A stretch of DNA of 58,739 nt, from contig JAEOTM010000170.1 of NCBI GenBank assembly GCA_016839815.1, positions 1 through 58,739 on the forward strand, in the 5' to 3' direction. This document shows, one piece after another, positions 10,077 through 19,810 of the stretch. Source of the stretch: Candidatus Hodarchaeota archaeon. GTDB taxonomy: Archaea; Asgardarchaeota; Heimdallarchaeia; Hodarchaeales; Hodarchaeaceae. Positions within the stretch are counted from its first letter, which is position 1. Each line of letters opens with the position of its first letter. The translations under genes and the position numbers were made by a program. The notes under the pieces are model-generated. The model was not told the DNA's origin. It saw only the letters and a program-made list of their open reading frames with translations, and did not search any database.

Positions 10077-10895
10077 ATGGCCACCTTTGATTTTAACCCA
10101 TTTCTTTCTCCAACTCGGCCACTTGTCATGGCACATCGAGGTGACCAAACAGTCTCTCCCGAAAATTCTTTATTAGCACTAAAAAATGCCAGTTTATTAG
10201 AAATTGATTTTATCGAAACAGATATCAGAATTACTAAAGATAAGGAACTCATTTTATTTCATGATGAAACATTGGATCGTACTACAAATGCTTCAGGACC
10301 CCTGATCAATTTTACGTTAGGAGAACTGGAAGAGGGGGTTGATTTGGGTTATCGTTTCACTCTTGACAATGGAAAAACATTCCCTTGTCGCGGGAAAAAT
10401 TGGCGTGTTGTTACTTTGCGACAAGCTTTTGAGGTATTTCCTGAAATGCGATTTAATCTTGACATAAAAAATGCTGAACCTGAAGTTCCACAGCTATTAG
10501 TGGATCTTATTACTGAATTCAAGCGAGAAGATAATGTTCTTGTAGGATCTTTCCACCACAATCAAATTGCGAAATTTAGGAATCTTCTTCCTAATGCACC
10601 TACCGCTGCATCTCCTAAAGAGGTCAAGAATTTCATATTCCGACATAAAGTAAGAATAAATCGATTTTTTAAGACGAAATATTATGCGCTTCAAGTTCCC
10701 ATTCAGTATGATGGAACACGCATTGTCTCAAAGAATTTTGTGACAGATGCTCATAGTCGTAATATTGCTGTTCATGTTTGGACGATTAATGACCGTCCCT
10801 CAATGGAATGGTTAATCAGATTAGGCGTTGATGGAATTTTCACAGATGATCCTTGGTTATTACTAGAAACTCTCCAGGAAAAAAAGCTAATCTAG
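10077..10895 (+). CDS. Glycerophosphodiester phosphodiesterase
   Basis: AHRG..PENS, IETD, LFHDETLDRTTN, NLDIK, VHVWTIN and GVDGIFTDDP. Confidence 0.93.
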   Translation: MATFDFNPFLSPTRPLVMAHRGDQTVSPENSLLALKNASLLEIDFIETDIRITKDKELILFHDETLDRTTNASGPLINFTLGELEEGVDLGYRFTLDNGKTFPCRGKNWRVVTLRQAFEVFPEMRFNLDIKNAEPEVPQLLVDLITEFKREDNVLVGSFHHNQIAKFRNLLPNAPTAASPKEVKNFIFRHKVRINRFFKTKYYALQVPIQYDGTRIVSKNFVTDAHSRNIAVHVWTINDRPSMEWLIRLGVDGIFTDDPWLLLETLQEKKLI

Positions 10896-10937
10896 GTATC
10901 ACAGAGAAGAATCCAGCCAGAAAAAATCCGATTTTTA

Positions 10938-11699
10938 CTAGTAATTTGGTTTTTCACTTAAAAAATTAAGTAGTAATGAATTAAACTCTTCTGTACACTC
11001 ATTAGCAAACCCATGATCACCATCATAAACGTAATACTGAGTGTGATTAGGAAGATGATCTTTCATGGTGTTAAAGACTAATTGTGGGGTTACTGTATCT
11101 TTGAGGCTATAAATCATTAGGATAGGAGCATCTATTTGTTCCAATTGTAGCAAGTAATCTTTATTCTGTCTTTTTTGGATTACCGTCGCCATATAGGTAA
11201 ATGCTTTCTGGAATCGCTTCACTATAGACCAAGTAAATGAGCTGGCTGATTTTTTCTTTTCCTCTGTTCGTTTTTCCTTCGCTAAAAAGTTCCAAGATCG
11301 AGTATTCTTGTGGAGGAAAGGACGAGGCCCAAGTAAAACTAACCCATTGACCTTTTCAGGATAACGGATACAATATTCCATACATAATGCTGCTCCAACT
11401 GAATATCCTATTAGAACTGGGTTTTCTTTGAGATTGAGGACTTTATTCAATAAATAATGTATATCTTCAAGGATATCCAATGTTCGATTTTTCTCAACAA
11501 ACTTTCCTAAACTAGACTTTGCAAAACCCCTAAGATCAGGGGCAATCATATGATATTTAGCTGATAACTTTGGATCATCAAGTTGACGGCCCCAATGTGA
11601 TCGTGAACTTCCTAAATATCCATGGATAAATACTACTGGAGATCCGTCACCAGTTGTCTCATAAAACACCTGATAATCATTTCGAGTAAAGTATGGCAT
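10938..11699 (-). CDS. Alpha/beta hydrolase
   Basis: VFIHG, PDLRGFAKS, nucleophile elbow GYSVG, Asp in KDTVT and His in GDHG. Confidence 0.9.
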   Translation of the reverse strand: MPYFTRNDYQVFYETTGDGSPVVFIHGYLGSSRSHWGRQLDDPKLSAKYHMIAPDLRGFAKSSLGKFVEKNRTLDILEDIHYLLNKVLNLKENPVLIGYSVGAALCMEYCIRYPEKVNGLVLLGPRPFLHKNTRSWNFLAKEKRTEEKKKSASSFTWSIVKRFQKAFTYMATVIQKRQNKDYLLQLEQIDAPILMIYSLKDTVTPQLVFNTMKDHLPNHTQYYVYDGDHGFANECTEEFNSLLLNFLSEKPNY

Positions 11700-11971
11700 A
11701 TATCGAATGTCCTTCTCAGTTAATTACTGAAATTATCAGTAAATTACCCTTTTCATATCTCAACCTAAAAGTTTGCCCTCAAGAGGTGAAGATCTCAGTT
11801 ATTCTTAATATTGTCCGTGATAGATACAACTCTAGTATTCTCCCTTATAGTAATACTTTTTAATGTGAAAAGAAGAATATACATTTGTGTAAGCACAATA
11901 TTGCAATGATTTTGTGGTATAAAGACCCGTTGAAATAGTCTGAATAAATCTTAATCCCTCTTCGTGATACT

Positions 11972-13681
11972 ATGTTCCTCTCGAAAGTGAATCTGAAAAA
12001 TTTTCGTAGTATTACCTCTCTCACTTTGGATGATCTTAAAAGTTTAAATTGCTTCATTGGTGGTCACAATTCTGGGAAAACGAATATTTTAGATGGAATC
12101 TCCGTTTTTTGGGACCCTCAAATTCGAACCTTTAGCCAGCAACGGCAATTCCAAGCAGAAACGACTTCAATAACGGAGGATTTTGATCGAAGTATCTTAT
12201 CATACCTTGATACAGACCATATTCATGGGACATTCAACTTTCAACTTGATCAGCAACGGGGTTTGCATCCTTGGAAAGATAATGAATTTTTAAAACAGAA
12301 TTTTATCCAAACTGCGTTTAAATATAAAATTATTAACCCATTTGACGTTTTTGAAATTTTTTTAGATGATTTGAACTCTATTGTTGACTTAGCTCAAATT
12401 CGTGCCCTAGAATTTAATCTTACCCTAAACCCGGGATTTTTAGAATTTATATCAGAAACGATGCAACTTCATCTAGAGTCAGAGGAAATTATAAGATACG
12501 AATCGGTTAATGTCCCCGTACCAATGATACGTGAATCCATTGGTTCAACCTTTATTCGACGTTTTCACGACATAGATGTAGAATACGAGACATTACGTGA
12601 TAATTTACTGAACATTCTTCAGGGAAGAGACCATCATTCCATATCTTCAATAGAAAAATTTCTTAAAGAAATTATTGATCAGGATTTTGTCTTCCAAGAA
12701 GGAGGATCTTCACCAGATGGCAAACCTCAGATCGATGTTACCATTGAACGAAGTTTTACAAGTCCATTATGGCGGATTTCAGGAGGGACAGTCAGACTTA
12801 TTGCATTAGCATGTTTACTGACCACAGATCCTACTAGTGACCAAATTATAATTCTAGATAATCCAGGATTATTTTTACATCCACGAGGAGAACGAGGTCT
12901 TGCCAGAAAGCTGGAGTCATTCGCTAAAAGTAGACAATTCTTTTTTTCCACTCATTCCTCTCGATTATTAATTGGACATGCTCATCTTGTCGAATTAAAG
13001 AATGGATGGACTAATGTAGAACGTATAAGAGGACGTAAATCCATGAAGAAGATTGTGAAGCTTTTAGGGATTAGACCTTCCGATTCATTGGGTTCTGATA
13101 TTGTTGTATTTGTGGAGGGAAGAACTGATTCTCGTGTATTTCGAGTGTTCGAAGATAAAATATGTCGGAGTTTTTCAGAGCTACCAAAAGTACGTGTTTC
13201 TTATGTTGGGGTCGGGGGCTGGACAAATATGAAGTATGTCTTATCAATAGAGTTGTTGAAAAGTAAATTTGTACGGAGTAGAGCTTTAGCAATTACTGAT
13301 GGAGATATTGTAGGATCAAAAAATTATGAAAAAATTAAGCAGAATTGGTTTGATGTCTTTCATATGGAAGGAGATTTTTTTTCACTTAAAGAAGAATGCA
13401 TTGAGTCGATTTTTTTAAACAATCCTGAGGTTTTCATTCGTTTAAATGCTGAAAAGGATAAACTTTATCCTTCCTTATCAGAAATAAACGAGTTTATTGA
13501 GAAAAGACGTAATCGTGGAGTTTCAGACAAAACTATAACTCGTGAACTCGTAATTAAGTACAATATTGGTCGAAAATATTCTTCCGCTCTCGCTGAAGGA
13601 CTGGCGCGTCAATTTAAGGACAGAGAAATTCCTAATTATTTAGTAGATTTCTATAAAACACACGTTCTTCAGTATGAGTGA
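11972..13681 (+). CDS. OLD-family ATP-dependent nuclease (ABC ATPase + TOPRIM)
   Basis: LKNFRSI, Walker A GGHNSGKT, signature ISGG, Walker B/D-loop IILDNPGLFLHP, H-loop STHS. TOPRIM motifs VFVEGRTD, TDGD and IESIF. Confidence 0.85.
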   Translation: MFLSKVNLKNFRSITSLTLDDLKSLNCFIGGHNSGKTNILDGISVFWDPQIRTFSQQRQFQAETTSITEDFDRSILSYLDTDHIHGTFNFQLDQQRGLHPWKDNEFLKQNFIQTAFKYKIINPFDVFEIFLDDLNSIVDLAQIRALEFNLTLNPGFLEFISETMQLHLESEEIIRYESVNVPVPMIRESIGSTFIRRFHDIDVEYETLRDNLLNILQGRDHHSISSIEKFLKEIIDQDFVFQEGGSSPDGKPQIDVTIERSFTSPLWRISGGTVRLIALACLLTTDPTSDQIIILDNPGLFLHPRGERGLARKLESFAKSRQFFFSTHSSRLLIGHAHLVELKNGWTNVERIRGRKSMKKIVKLLGIRPSDSLGSDIVVFVEGRTDSRVFRVFEDKICRSFSELPKVRVSYVGVGGWTNMKYVLSIELLKSKFVRSRALAITDGDIVGSKNYEKIKQNWFDVFHMEGDFFSLKEECIESIFLNNPEVFIRLNAEKDKLYPSLSEINEFIEKRRNRGVSDKTITRELVIKYNIGRKYSSALAEGLARQFKDREIPNYLVDFYKTHVLQYE

Positions 13682-13745
13682 TCTTCTACCAATACGAGGA
13701 CTTCAACCGTAAATATATAACATTTGAAATTCTGCTCATTTTCTC

Positions 13746-14495
13746 ATGAAGTTTAAGACAGATGTACTTTCGACAGTTTGTTTTACGCTATTACTATTGG
13801 TTATCGCAACTATTCAACCTTTGATTAGTTCAGGGCATATTAAAGTAATGCAGCTGACTGTAGAGGGGGATGTTAGTGATTCATTTACTGAAACGCAGAT
13901 TAAGGATGATTTACCAACTATTTCTGGCTGGGGTGGATATCGAAGATCAACTGGAACAATTGTAGATGCATCTAAATGGAAAGGTGTCCATCTCCCACTA
14001 TTCTTGACTTCTCTTGCTGGAGATAGCGATTACAATATCAGTGCTGTTGCCATCGATGATTACTCGGTTACAATAACTCGTGATGAAATTGAAGGTGGAA
14101 TACGTGCGTTTGATGAACTCAACAATACCCTAGCAACAAAGGTAATACCTGTATTAGCATATGAGGAAAATGATGTACCCGTCTCAAATGATGATGGTCC
14201 TCTTAGATTAGTATTTATTGGTGAGAATAATGCGAGTATTCTTACAGTTAGTCCTCGGTGGGTAAAACAGATTGTAACATTAAGTATATCCCTAGGGACA
14301 GATGAATCCAGTTCATTGATTGTTACAACCACTTCTACCCAAACTACGATCATAAATTCTTCAACTCCAACAACCTCAACTATTGAAGAAAAGACATCAG
14401 CGACATCTGGTTTATCTTTTGGTGTTTCAATTCTTGTATTTGTGCTAGCCACTTCGGTTGTTGCTAGTTTACGAAGAAAGAAACATAAAAAGTAA
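13746..14495 (+). CDS. Surface protein with Oxidored_molyb (sulfite oxidase/MsrP-like) fold, Thr-rich linker and CTERM-like tail
   Basis: WKGVHL, AIDDY, LAYE.N..P...GPLRLV and RWVKQI motifs. Signal peptide, and a TSGL-TM-RRKKHKK tail. Confidence 0.7.
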   Translation: MKFKTDVLSTVCFTLLLLVIATIQPLISSGHIKVMQLTVEGDVSDSFTETQIKDDLPTISGWGGYRRSTGTIVDASKWKGVHLPLFLTSLAGDSDYNISAVAIDDYSVTITRDEIEGGIRAFDELNNTLATKVIPVLAYEENDVPVSNDDGPLRLVFIGENNASILTVSPRWVKQIVTLSISLGTDESSSLIVTTTSTQTTIINSSTPTTSTIEEKTSATSGLSFGVSILVFVLATSVVASLRRKKHKK

Positions 14496-14699
14496 CGATT
14501 TCTCAATATTAAGAATCAAGAACTTTACAAAAATTCTATTCTTGTGGAATTCATTGATTCTTGCGATAATTACGTGATTTAGTCACAACCTAGTTCTATC
14601 CTGAACAGCTAGAAAATAGCCATCTAATATTTAGGTAGATAGGATTAAAAGACTCCATGTGATGAACGCAAAATCAAAAGAAATTGTTGGGAACTAGCA

Positions 14700-15659
14700 A
14701 TGAGAGCTTTCTTAGTCAACCTTATGCCGTCATTTTTGGTTAAATTTTTTGCTCGAGCATACGTTGCTGGAGTAGGATTAGATTGTGGCATTAAAAAAGC
14801 ACGTGATTTGTGGGAACGACAGAGCATCGCCTCTACAATTGATATGCTAGGTGAGGAGGTTACGAATCGCGAGGAAGTTGATAACATAGTCCAAATTTAT
14901 TTTTCACTCGTGAAGAAGATGAAAGAAGAATCATTTCCCAAACACATTTCCATAAAACCTACCAGTTTAGGCCTGGATATTGATAAAGAATTATGTCAAA
15001 GGAATTTGGAGGAGATTTTGAAGGTCGCATTAGGGGAAGGAATCACTGTTACATTGGATATGGAAGATTCTAAATATACTGATGCCACTCTCGAGCTTTA
15101 CAAGAAACTAAAACCTAACTATGAATTCGGAACGGTATTACAGAGTCGATTATTTAGAACTAAGGATGATGTTTTAGGATTATCTGGACTAGATGCTCGT
15201 GTGCGCATGTGCATTGGTGTGTACAATGAAGATAAAAGCATCGCATACACTAAAAAGAGTGAAATGAAAGCAAAAATTGTTGAGTACACTAAATTACTGC
15301 TAGACAATCATCATAAGGTTGATGTGGCTACTCATGATCATAAATGTATTATCAATGCACTTGAAGAAGTGGAAAAACGAGGATTAGGTCCTGAGGTTGC
15401 TGAATTCCAATTCCTTCTAGGAGTCCCTCGAGAGCGGATCCAACATGAATTAATAGAACGAGGTTATACAGTTCGATTATATGTACCTTTTACCATTGAA
15501 TGGAAATGTGCGATCGCTTATTTAAGAAGACGATTAATTGAAAACCCTTCTATGATATATCTTGGAGGGCTAGATTTTCTAGGTCGTATTATCCAACCTC
15601 TTACTAAACGTGGAAGAAAGCCAATTCTCCCACCCAAACCTGAGGTCGTTTCGAATTAG
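14700..15659 (+). CDS. Proline dehydrogenase (monofunctional PRODH)
   Basis: YVAG, DMLGE, SIKPTSLGL, LDMED, GTVLQSRLFRT, VATHD, EFQFLLG, RLYVPF and YLRRRLIENP. Confidence 0.92.
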   Translation: MRAFLVNLMPSFLVKFFARAYVAGVGLDCGIKKARDLWERQSIASTIDMLGEEVTNREEVDNIVQIYFSLVKKMKEESFPKHISIKPTSLGLDIDKELCQRNLEEILKVALGEGITVTLDMEDSKYTDATLELYKKLKPNYEFGTVLQSRLFRTKDDVLGLSGLDARVRMCIGVYNEDKSIAYTKKSEMKAKIVEYTKLLLDNHHKVDVATHDHKCIINALEEVEKRGLGPEVAEFQFLLGVPRERIQHELIERGYTVRLYVPFTIEWKCAIAYLRRRLIENPSMIYLGGLDFLGRIIQPLTKRGRKPILPPKPEVVSN

Positions 15660-15684
15660 AGAAAAGACTAGCTTTAAATTTTGA

Positions 15685-16362
15685 TTATTCCTTTACTTTT
15701 GGTGTACTCTCTTCATCACACACAGTATCTGAGAGATTTTTATCAAATATATCTTCGAAGAATATTAGGTATATTGTCACACCAACTGCACCAATAAGGA
15801 ATAATATTGCATCTGCTAACCAACCCATCACTGCTATCAAGTAGAATAACCCTCGAAGTCCAAAAGACCAGTGGTTCTGAGCACTAATGATCGTGTTTTT
15901 TGTAAATCGGAGACCATTTATTCCACAAATATTAATTTTATCTGGATGAGATGAAATTAATAATGTAAATCTTACATGCATTCTAATAGCCAAAACAAAA
16001 TTAAAAAGGCAAAATAGGATAACAATTACCATTACAACCAGCTGTAAATACCCAATGGAGAGATTACTTCCACTTATTGCCCCCTCCGCAAAAATATCAG
16101 GATAGAAAGCGAGTAAAATTCCTAACAGTACCAATAAAGCTGATATAAACGCAGTATTTGCCATGATCACATTCCGTGAAGCTTGTACTGCAACCAAAGG
16201 AGAATCGTTGACTCTTTCATCGACATACTGCTCATAAATCAGATTTAATGATCCTTTTCTTGATATAGTTGGATGTTTAAGTCCGTAAATTATCAATATA
16301 CTATAAATAAGTATACAAATAACAAAAATCCCCAAGGCAAGAATATCAAGAGTAAGATCCAT
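15685..16362 (-). CDS. DUF599-family membrane protein
   Basis: AVQASRNVIMANTAFIS, FNFVLAIR and SFGLRGLFY motifs with 4 TM. Confidence 0.75.
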   Translation of the reverse strand: MDLTLDILALGIFVICILIYSILIIYGLKHPTISRKGSLNLIYEQYVDERVNDSPLVAVQASRNVIMANTAFISALLVLLGILLAFYPDIFAEGAISGSNLSIGYLQLVVMVIVILFCLFNFVLAIRMHVRFTLLISSHPDKINICGINGLRFTKNTIISAQNHWSFGLRGLFYLIAVMGWLADAILFLIGAVGVTIYLIFFEDIFDKNLSDTVCDEESTPKVKE

Positions 16363-16541
16363 ATTGTTTGTCCTCGTAGAGTGTGTTTTCCTGCTTGCAA
16401 ATTTATGTAGTTGATTATATTAATTTTTGCTAATATATTACTGATGCATTTTATTTATCATCATTTATAATTGCCAGATTAAAAACAATCATTAATATTC
16501 AGTAATTCAAGGTCATCCAGCGATTAGAGGAACCGAAATAA

Positions 16542-17261
16542 GTGAATTTATTTGAAATTTTTGGCGTTTGGATAATTACCGCGTTTCTAGGGATAACTCT
16601 TGCGGCTCCTTTAGGCCCAATTAACCTAGAGCTTCTTAAAAACGCGCTAAATCCAGAATTCACTCGTAAAGCTGCATGGATTTCTGCTTTACTAATTGGA
16701 ATTGGGGCTATGACGGGAGACTTTATCGTAGCTCTCTCCGCAGTAACGCTTGGTGGGGAGATAATGGAATCTGTTTTCAGCAATTCTTGGATAAAGTTGT
16801 TGCTATTTACTTTAAACCTGATAATTTTAAGCTTCTTAGGCCTTTCTACATTAGCTAAAAGGCCTATTGGAGTGGTTTCCGGTATTGATGGAGAACTTCC
16901 TCCTGTAGAAAGACTAAAAGAAATTAGTATTCATTCAGCAGTAAAGAAGTACGTTACTGGATTATCTATTGTAATTACTTCTCCCTGGTCTTATCTCTGG
17001 TGGGCATCGTTTGGAACTATTATTTTATTTAGTGATTTAAGCTTACCAGATCCCATTTCCCGGTTGATTATTGTGTTGATGTTCCTCTCAGGAATATTTC
17101 TTTGGTTATTTGCGTTTAGTACAACTTTAACCATTATTGGAAAGCATCCAAATCCAAAATTCTTCTCCCGTATTACTAAGGGTACAGCTCTAGTTCTATT
17201 GCTTTTTGCGCTCATAATTCTTAGAGATCTATTACTAACCTTGGGAGAAATTTTAAAATAA
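16542..17261 (+). CDS. LysE-family exporter
   Basis: GITLAAPLGPIN, G.GAMTGD and TSPWSYLWW, with about 6 TM. Confidence 0.85.
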   Translation: MNLFEIFGVWIITAFLGITLAAPLGPINLELLKNALNPEFTRKAAWISALLIGIGAMTGDFIVALSAVTLGGEIMESVFSNSWIKLLLFTLNLIILSFLGLSTLAKRPIGVVSGIDGELPPVERLKEISIHSAVKKYVTGLSIVITSPWSYLWWASFGTIILFSDLSLPDPISRLIIVLMFLSGIFLWLFAFSTTLTIIGKHPNPKFFSRITKGTALVLLLFALIILRDLLLTLGEILK

Positions 17262-17329
17262 GAGAGGAAGAAAGTTTATATTTCTTCTATATGTAAAAAT
17301 CAGTAACATTCATTAGGTTTTGAATATAA

Positions 17330-18367
17330 ATGGGAAAAGATATCACACGCTCACTTCAACTTACAGGGGCAAGAACATACCTCGTGAGTCTTCCAAGAGA
17401 ATGGATTGAACGAAATGGGTTAGAAGCTAAGGATGAAATTGGTATACGGATTGAAAATGAAACTTATTTACTTCTTTATCCACGAAATCCCCGTTTAGTT
17501 CCAAAAAAGACCACTACTATACCTGAATCCGAAACTATCGAATTAGAACTACTAAGTCGGTATATCACGGGTTTTGACACAATGGTGGTTTATCCGAGCG
17601 AAGGAAAAAAGATTAAAGATCCAGATAAGATTCGAGAGGAAATAAGACATCAAGTTGGATTGGAAATTATACGTGAATCTCCAAATCAGCTTGAAATTCA
17701 ATTTATTGCCACGTCAGTGCTTGACCTGCAGACTCTAGTTCGAAAAATTTATGCACTCTCTTTCAGTATGTTGGATGATGCGATAAGTGCAATTTTTTCT
17801 GGGAATGACGACAAGAAAGATAAAATTGTCAAACGATATTCCGAAATTGATAGAGTATACTACTTTATCGTTCGTTTGCTTCAGAAATCGTTTGAGGATC
17901 CACTGGAAGAAATAAACGAGAGTCTATATCCCTTTGAAGGATTAAACTATCAGATAGTGGCATATCAAGGTGAGGTTTTAGGTCGTTCGTGCAAAGAGCT
18001 CGCAGAACGAATAGGTAAGTTCCAAAAATCATTCTTAACGGTTGAAACAGAATCTATGGTAAAGGAAATCGCTGAAAAACTTATTGAACTACTAGATACC
18101 GCTATTGAGGCTTTCCTAAATAAGGATACAGAGAAAGCCGCGGTTACGGTGGAAGAGGTGAGGAATAAAAAATATCAAGTCCAACCTTTACTCGCAATTA
18201 TTTCAGAGGAGGCAGCTGATGAACCTACTTGGTTTTTAGCTCGATTAATGTCAAGTTTACTTGAACAGGCAGACCAAGTATGTTATCTTACGGATATTGT
18301 GACACGAGGGTTTAACGCATTACATGAATATGATGCTAAACAGTACTTGGATTCAGAGCTTTCTTAA
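17330..18367 (+). CDS. Archaeal AbrB/MazE-PhoU family transcriptional regulator
   Basis: N-terminal RSLQLTG..TYLVSLPREW (AbrB-like), then YITGFD, GLEII.E and PhoU-like helical repeats (EIDRVYYFIVR). Confidence 0.85.
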   Translation: MGKDITRSLQLTGARTYLVSLPREWIERNGLEAKDEIGIRIENETYLLLYPRNPRLVPKKTTTIPESETIELELLSRYITGFDTMVVYPSEGKKIKDPDKIREEIRHQVGLEIIRESPNQLEIQFIATSVLDLQTLVRKIYALSFSMLDDAISAIFSGNDDKKDKIVKRYSEIDRVYYFIVRLLQKSFEDPLEEINESLYPFEGLNYQIVAYQGEVLGRSCKELAERIGKFQKSFLTVETESMVKEIAEKLIELLDTAIEAFLNKDTEKAAVTVEEVRNKKYQVQPLLAIISEEAADEPTWFLARLMSSLLEQADQVCYLTDIVTRGFNALHEYDAKQYLDSELS

Positions 18368-18466
18368 TTTTCTTGTTTTTCGTAGTACTGAAACGTAGAT
18401 ATCAGTTAAAGAAGAATATGAAAGAAATGGTGAGTATTTCTGCATTTTGCGGGTTAAAAAAAATTG

Positions 18467-18490
18467 AACAAAATAAACAGTTATTTTGTT
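18467..18490. promoter_or_regulatory. Perfect 10-bp inverted repeat upstream of the degT-deoC genes (candidate operator)
   Basis: AACAAAATAA-acag-TTATTTTGTT. The repeat is AT-rich, so chance cannot be excluded. Confidence 0.35.
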
Positions 18491-18558
18491 GCCATAACTA
18501 CTAAATGCTTTCTTTACCTCATTTTAGTCAAATCTAAGATATTTGGGTAAGGATTCAA

Positions 18559-19794
18559 GTGGAAAAACCAGCTATTCTTGGTGGAAAACCTACAAGAGAA
18601 ACCATTTTACCTCTATTCGATGTCGACATAGGTGAGGAAGAAGCTAATAATGTTCTCGAGGTTTTAAAATCACGTGATTTGGTACAGACGCATGGAACAT
18701 GGGCTAATCAATTCGGAAAATTAGCTAAAGAGTACCTCGGTAGTAAAAATATTGTCATGGCAAATAACGGAACATCTACAATTCATTTAGCTTTGATTGC
18801 CTTGGGTGTAGGTCCAGGAGATGAAGTCATTTGTTCTCCCCTTGGTTGGATTTCATCAGGTACTCCAAGCTTATACCAAAACGCCATCCCGATCTACGCT
18901 GACGTTAATCCTGATTATGGTTATATTGATGTAGAGGATGTTAAGAAAAAAATTACTCCAAGGACTAAAGCCATCTGTGTAGTACACCCATGGGGATTAC
19001 CTGCAGATCTTGATCCACTTCTTGAATTAGGAGAGGAAAAAGGAATTCCTATTGTTGAAGATGCTGCTGAAGCTTTGGGTGCCACCTATAAAGGGAAGAA
19101 AGTTGGGCTATTCGGAGCTTTTGGAAGCTTCTCAACCGTGTGGAATAAGATTATCACAACTGGGGAAGGGGGATTTCTTGTTACTGATGATGATGAATTG
19201 GCCCGAGTTGCAGGTCATTATGCTAGCTTCGCCAAAGTTCCTGGGAAAGGAGATTATTTTGATGGTTTGGGATATAATTACAGGATGACCGAGATGATGG
19301 GGGCACTTGGAGTGGCACAAGTAAAACGAACAGAGGAAATAATCAAAAAGCGACGAGCGAATGCAGAATACCTTCGGAAACAATTAAGGGCATTAGAAAT
19401 ACAAGGGTTAAATTTACCAACAGAGCCATCTTGGGGACGGGGAGTATGGTGGAAATTTACTGTGTTACTTGATTTGAATTCCTTCTCTGCTTCACGAGAT
19501 GATATTTTAAAGAGTATTCAGGCAGAAGGGATAGGTGCAGCCGCACCTGTATATCCTGATAATTTACAACCATTATATGCAGAAAAACAAGTCTATGGAA
19601 AGACAAAATGTCCATGGGATTGTCATTACTATTCTGGGCCGAGTAATATTGATTATACTCAGATGTGTCCTGAAGCTGCTACATACTCTGATCGGGCATT
19701 ATGGTTAACAGGATGCGGAACTAGGTTAACTCAACCTGATCTGGACTCCATTGTGGATGCTGTGGGGAAAGTACTCCGCTGGTATAGAAAATGA
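18559..19794 (+). CDS. DegT/DnrJ/EryC1/StrS PLP-dependent sugar aminotransferase
   Basis: NNGTSTIHLAL.ALGVGPGDEVI, VEDAAEA, FS..WNKIITTGEGG (PLP Lys present) and GYNYRM. Confidence 0.93.
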   Translation: MEKPAILGGKPTRETILPLFDVDIGEEEANNVLEVLKSRDLVQTHGTWANQFGKLAKEYLGSKNIVMANNGTSTIHLALIALGVGPGDEVICSPLGWISSGTPSLYQNAIPIYADVNPDYGYIDVEDVKKKITPRTKAICVVHPWGLPADLDPLLELGEEKGIPIVEDAAEALGATYKGKKVGLFGAFGSFSTVWNKIITTGEGGFLVTDDDELARVAGHYASFAKVPGKGDYFDGLGYNYRMTEMMGALGVAQVKRTEEIIKKRRANAEYLRKQLRALEIQGLNLPTEPSWGRGVWWKFTVLLDLNSFSASRDDILKSIQAEGIGAAAPVYPDNLQPLYAEKQVYGKTKCPWDCHYYSGPSNIDYTQMCPEAATYSDRALWLTGCGTRLTQPDLDSIVDAVGKVLRWYRK

Positions 19795-19810
19795 TAAAAT
19801 GATGAGATAA

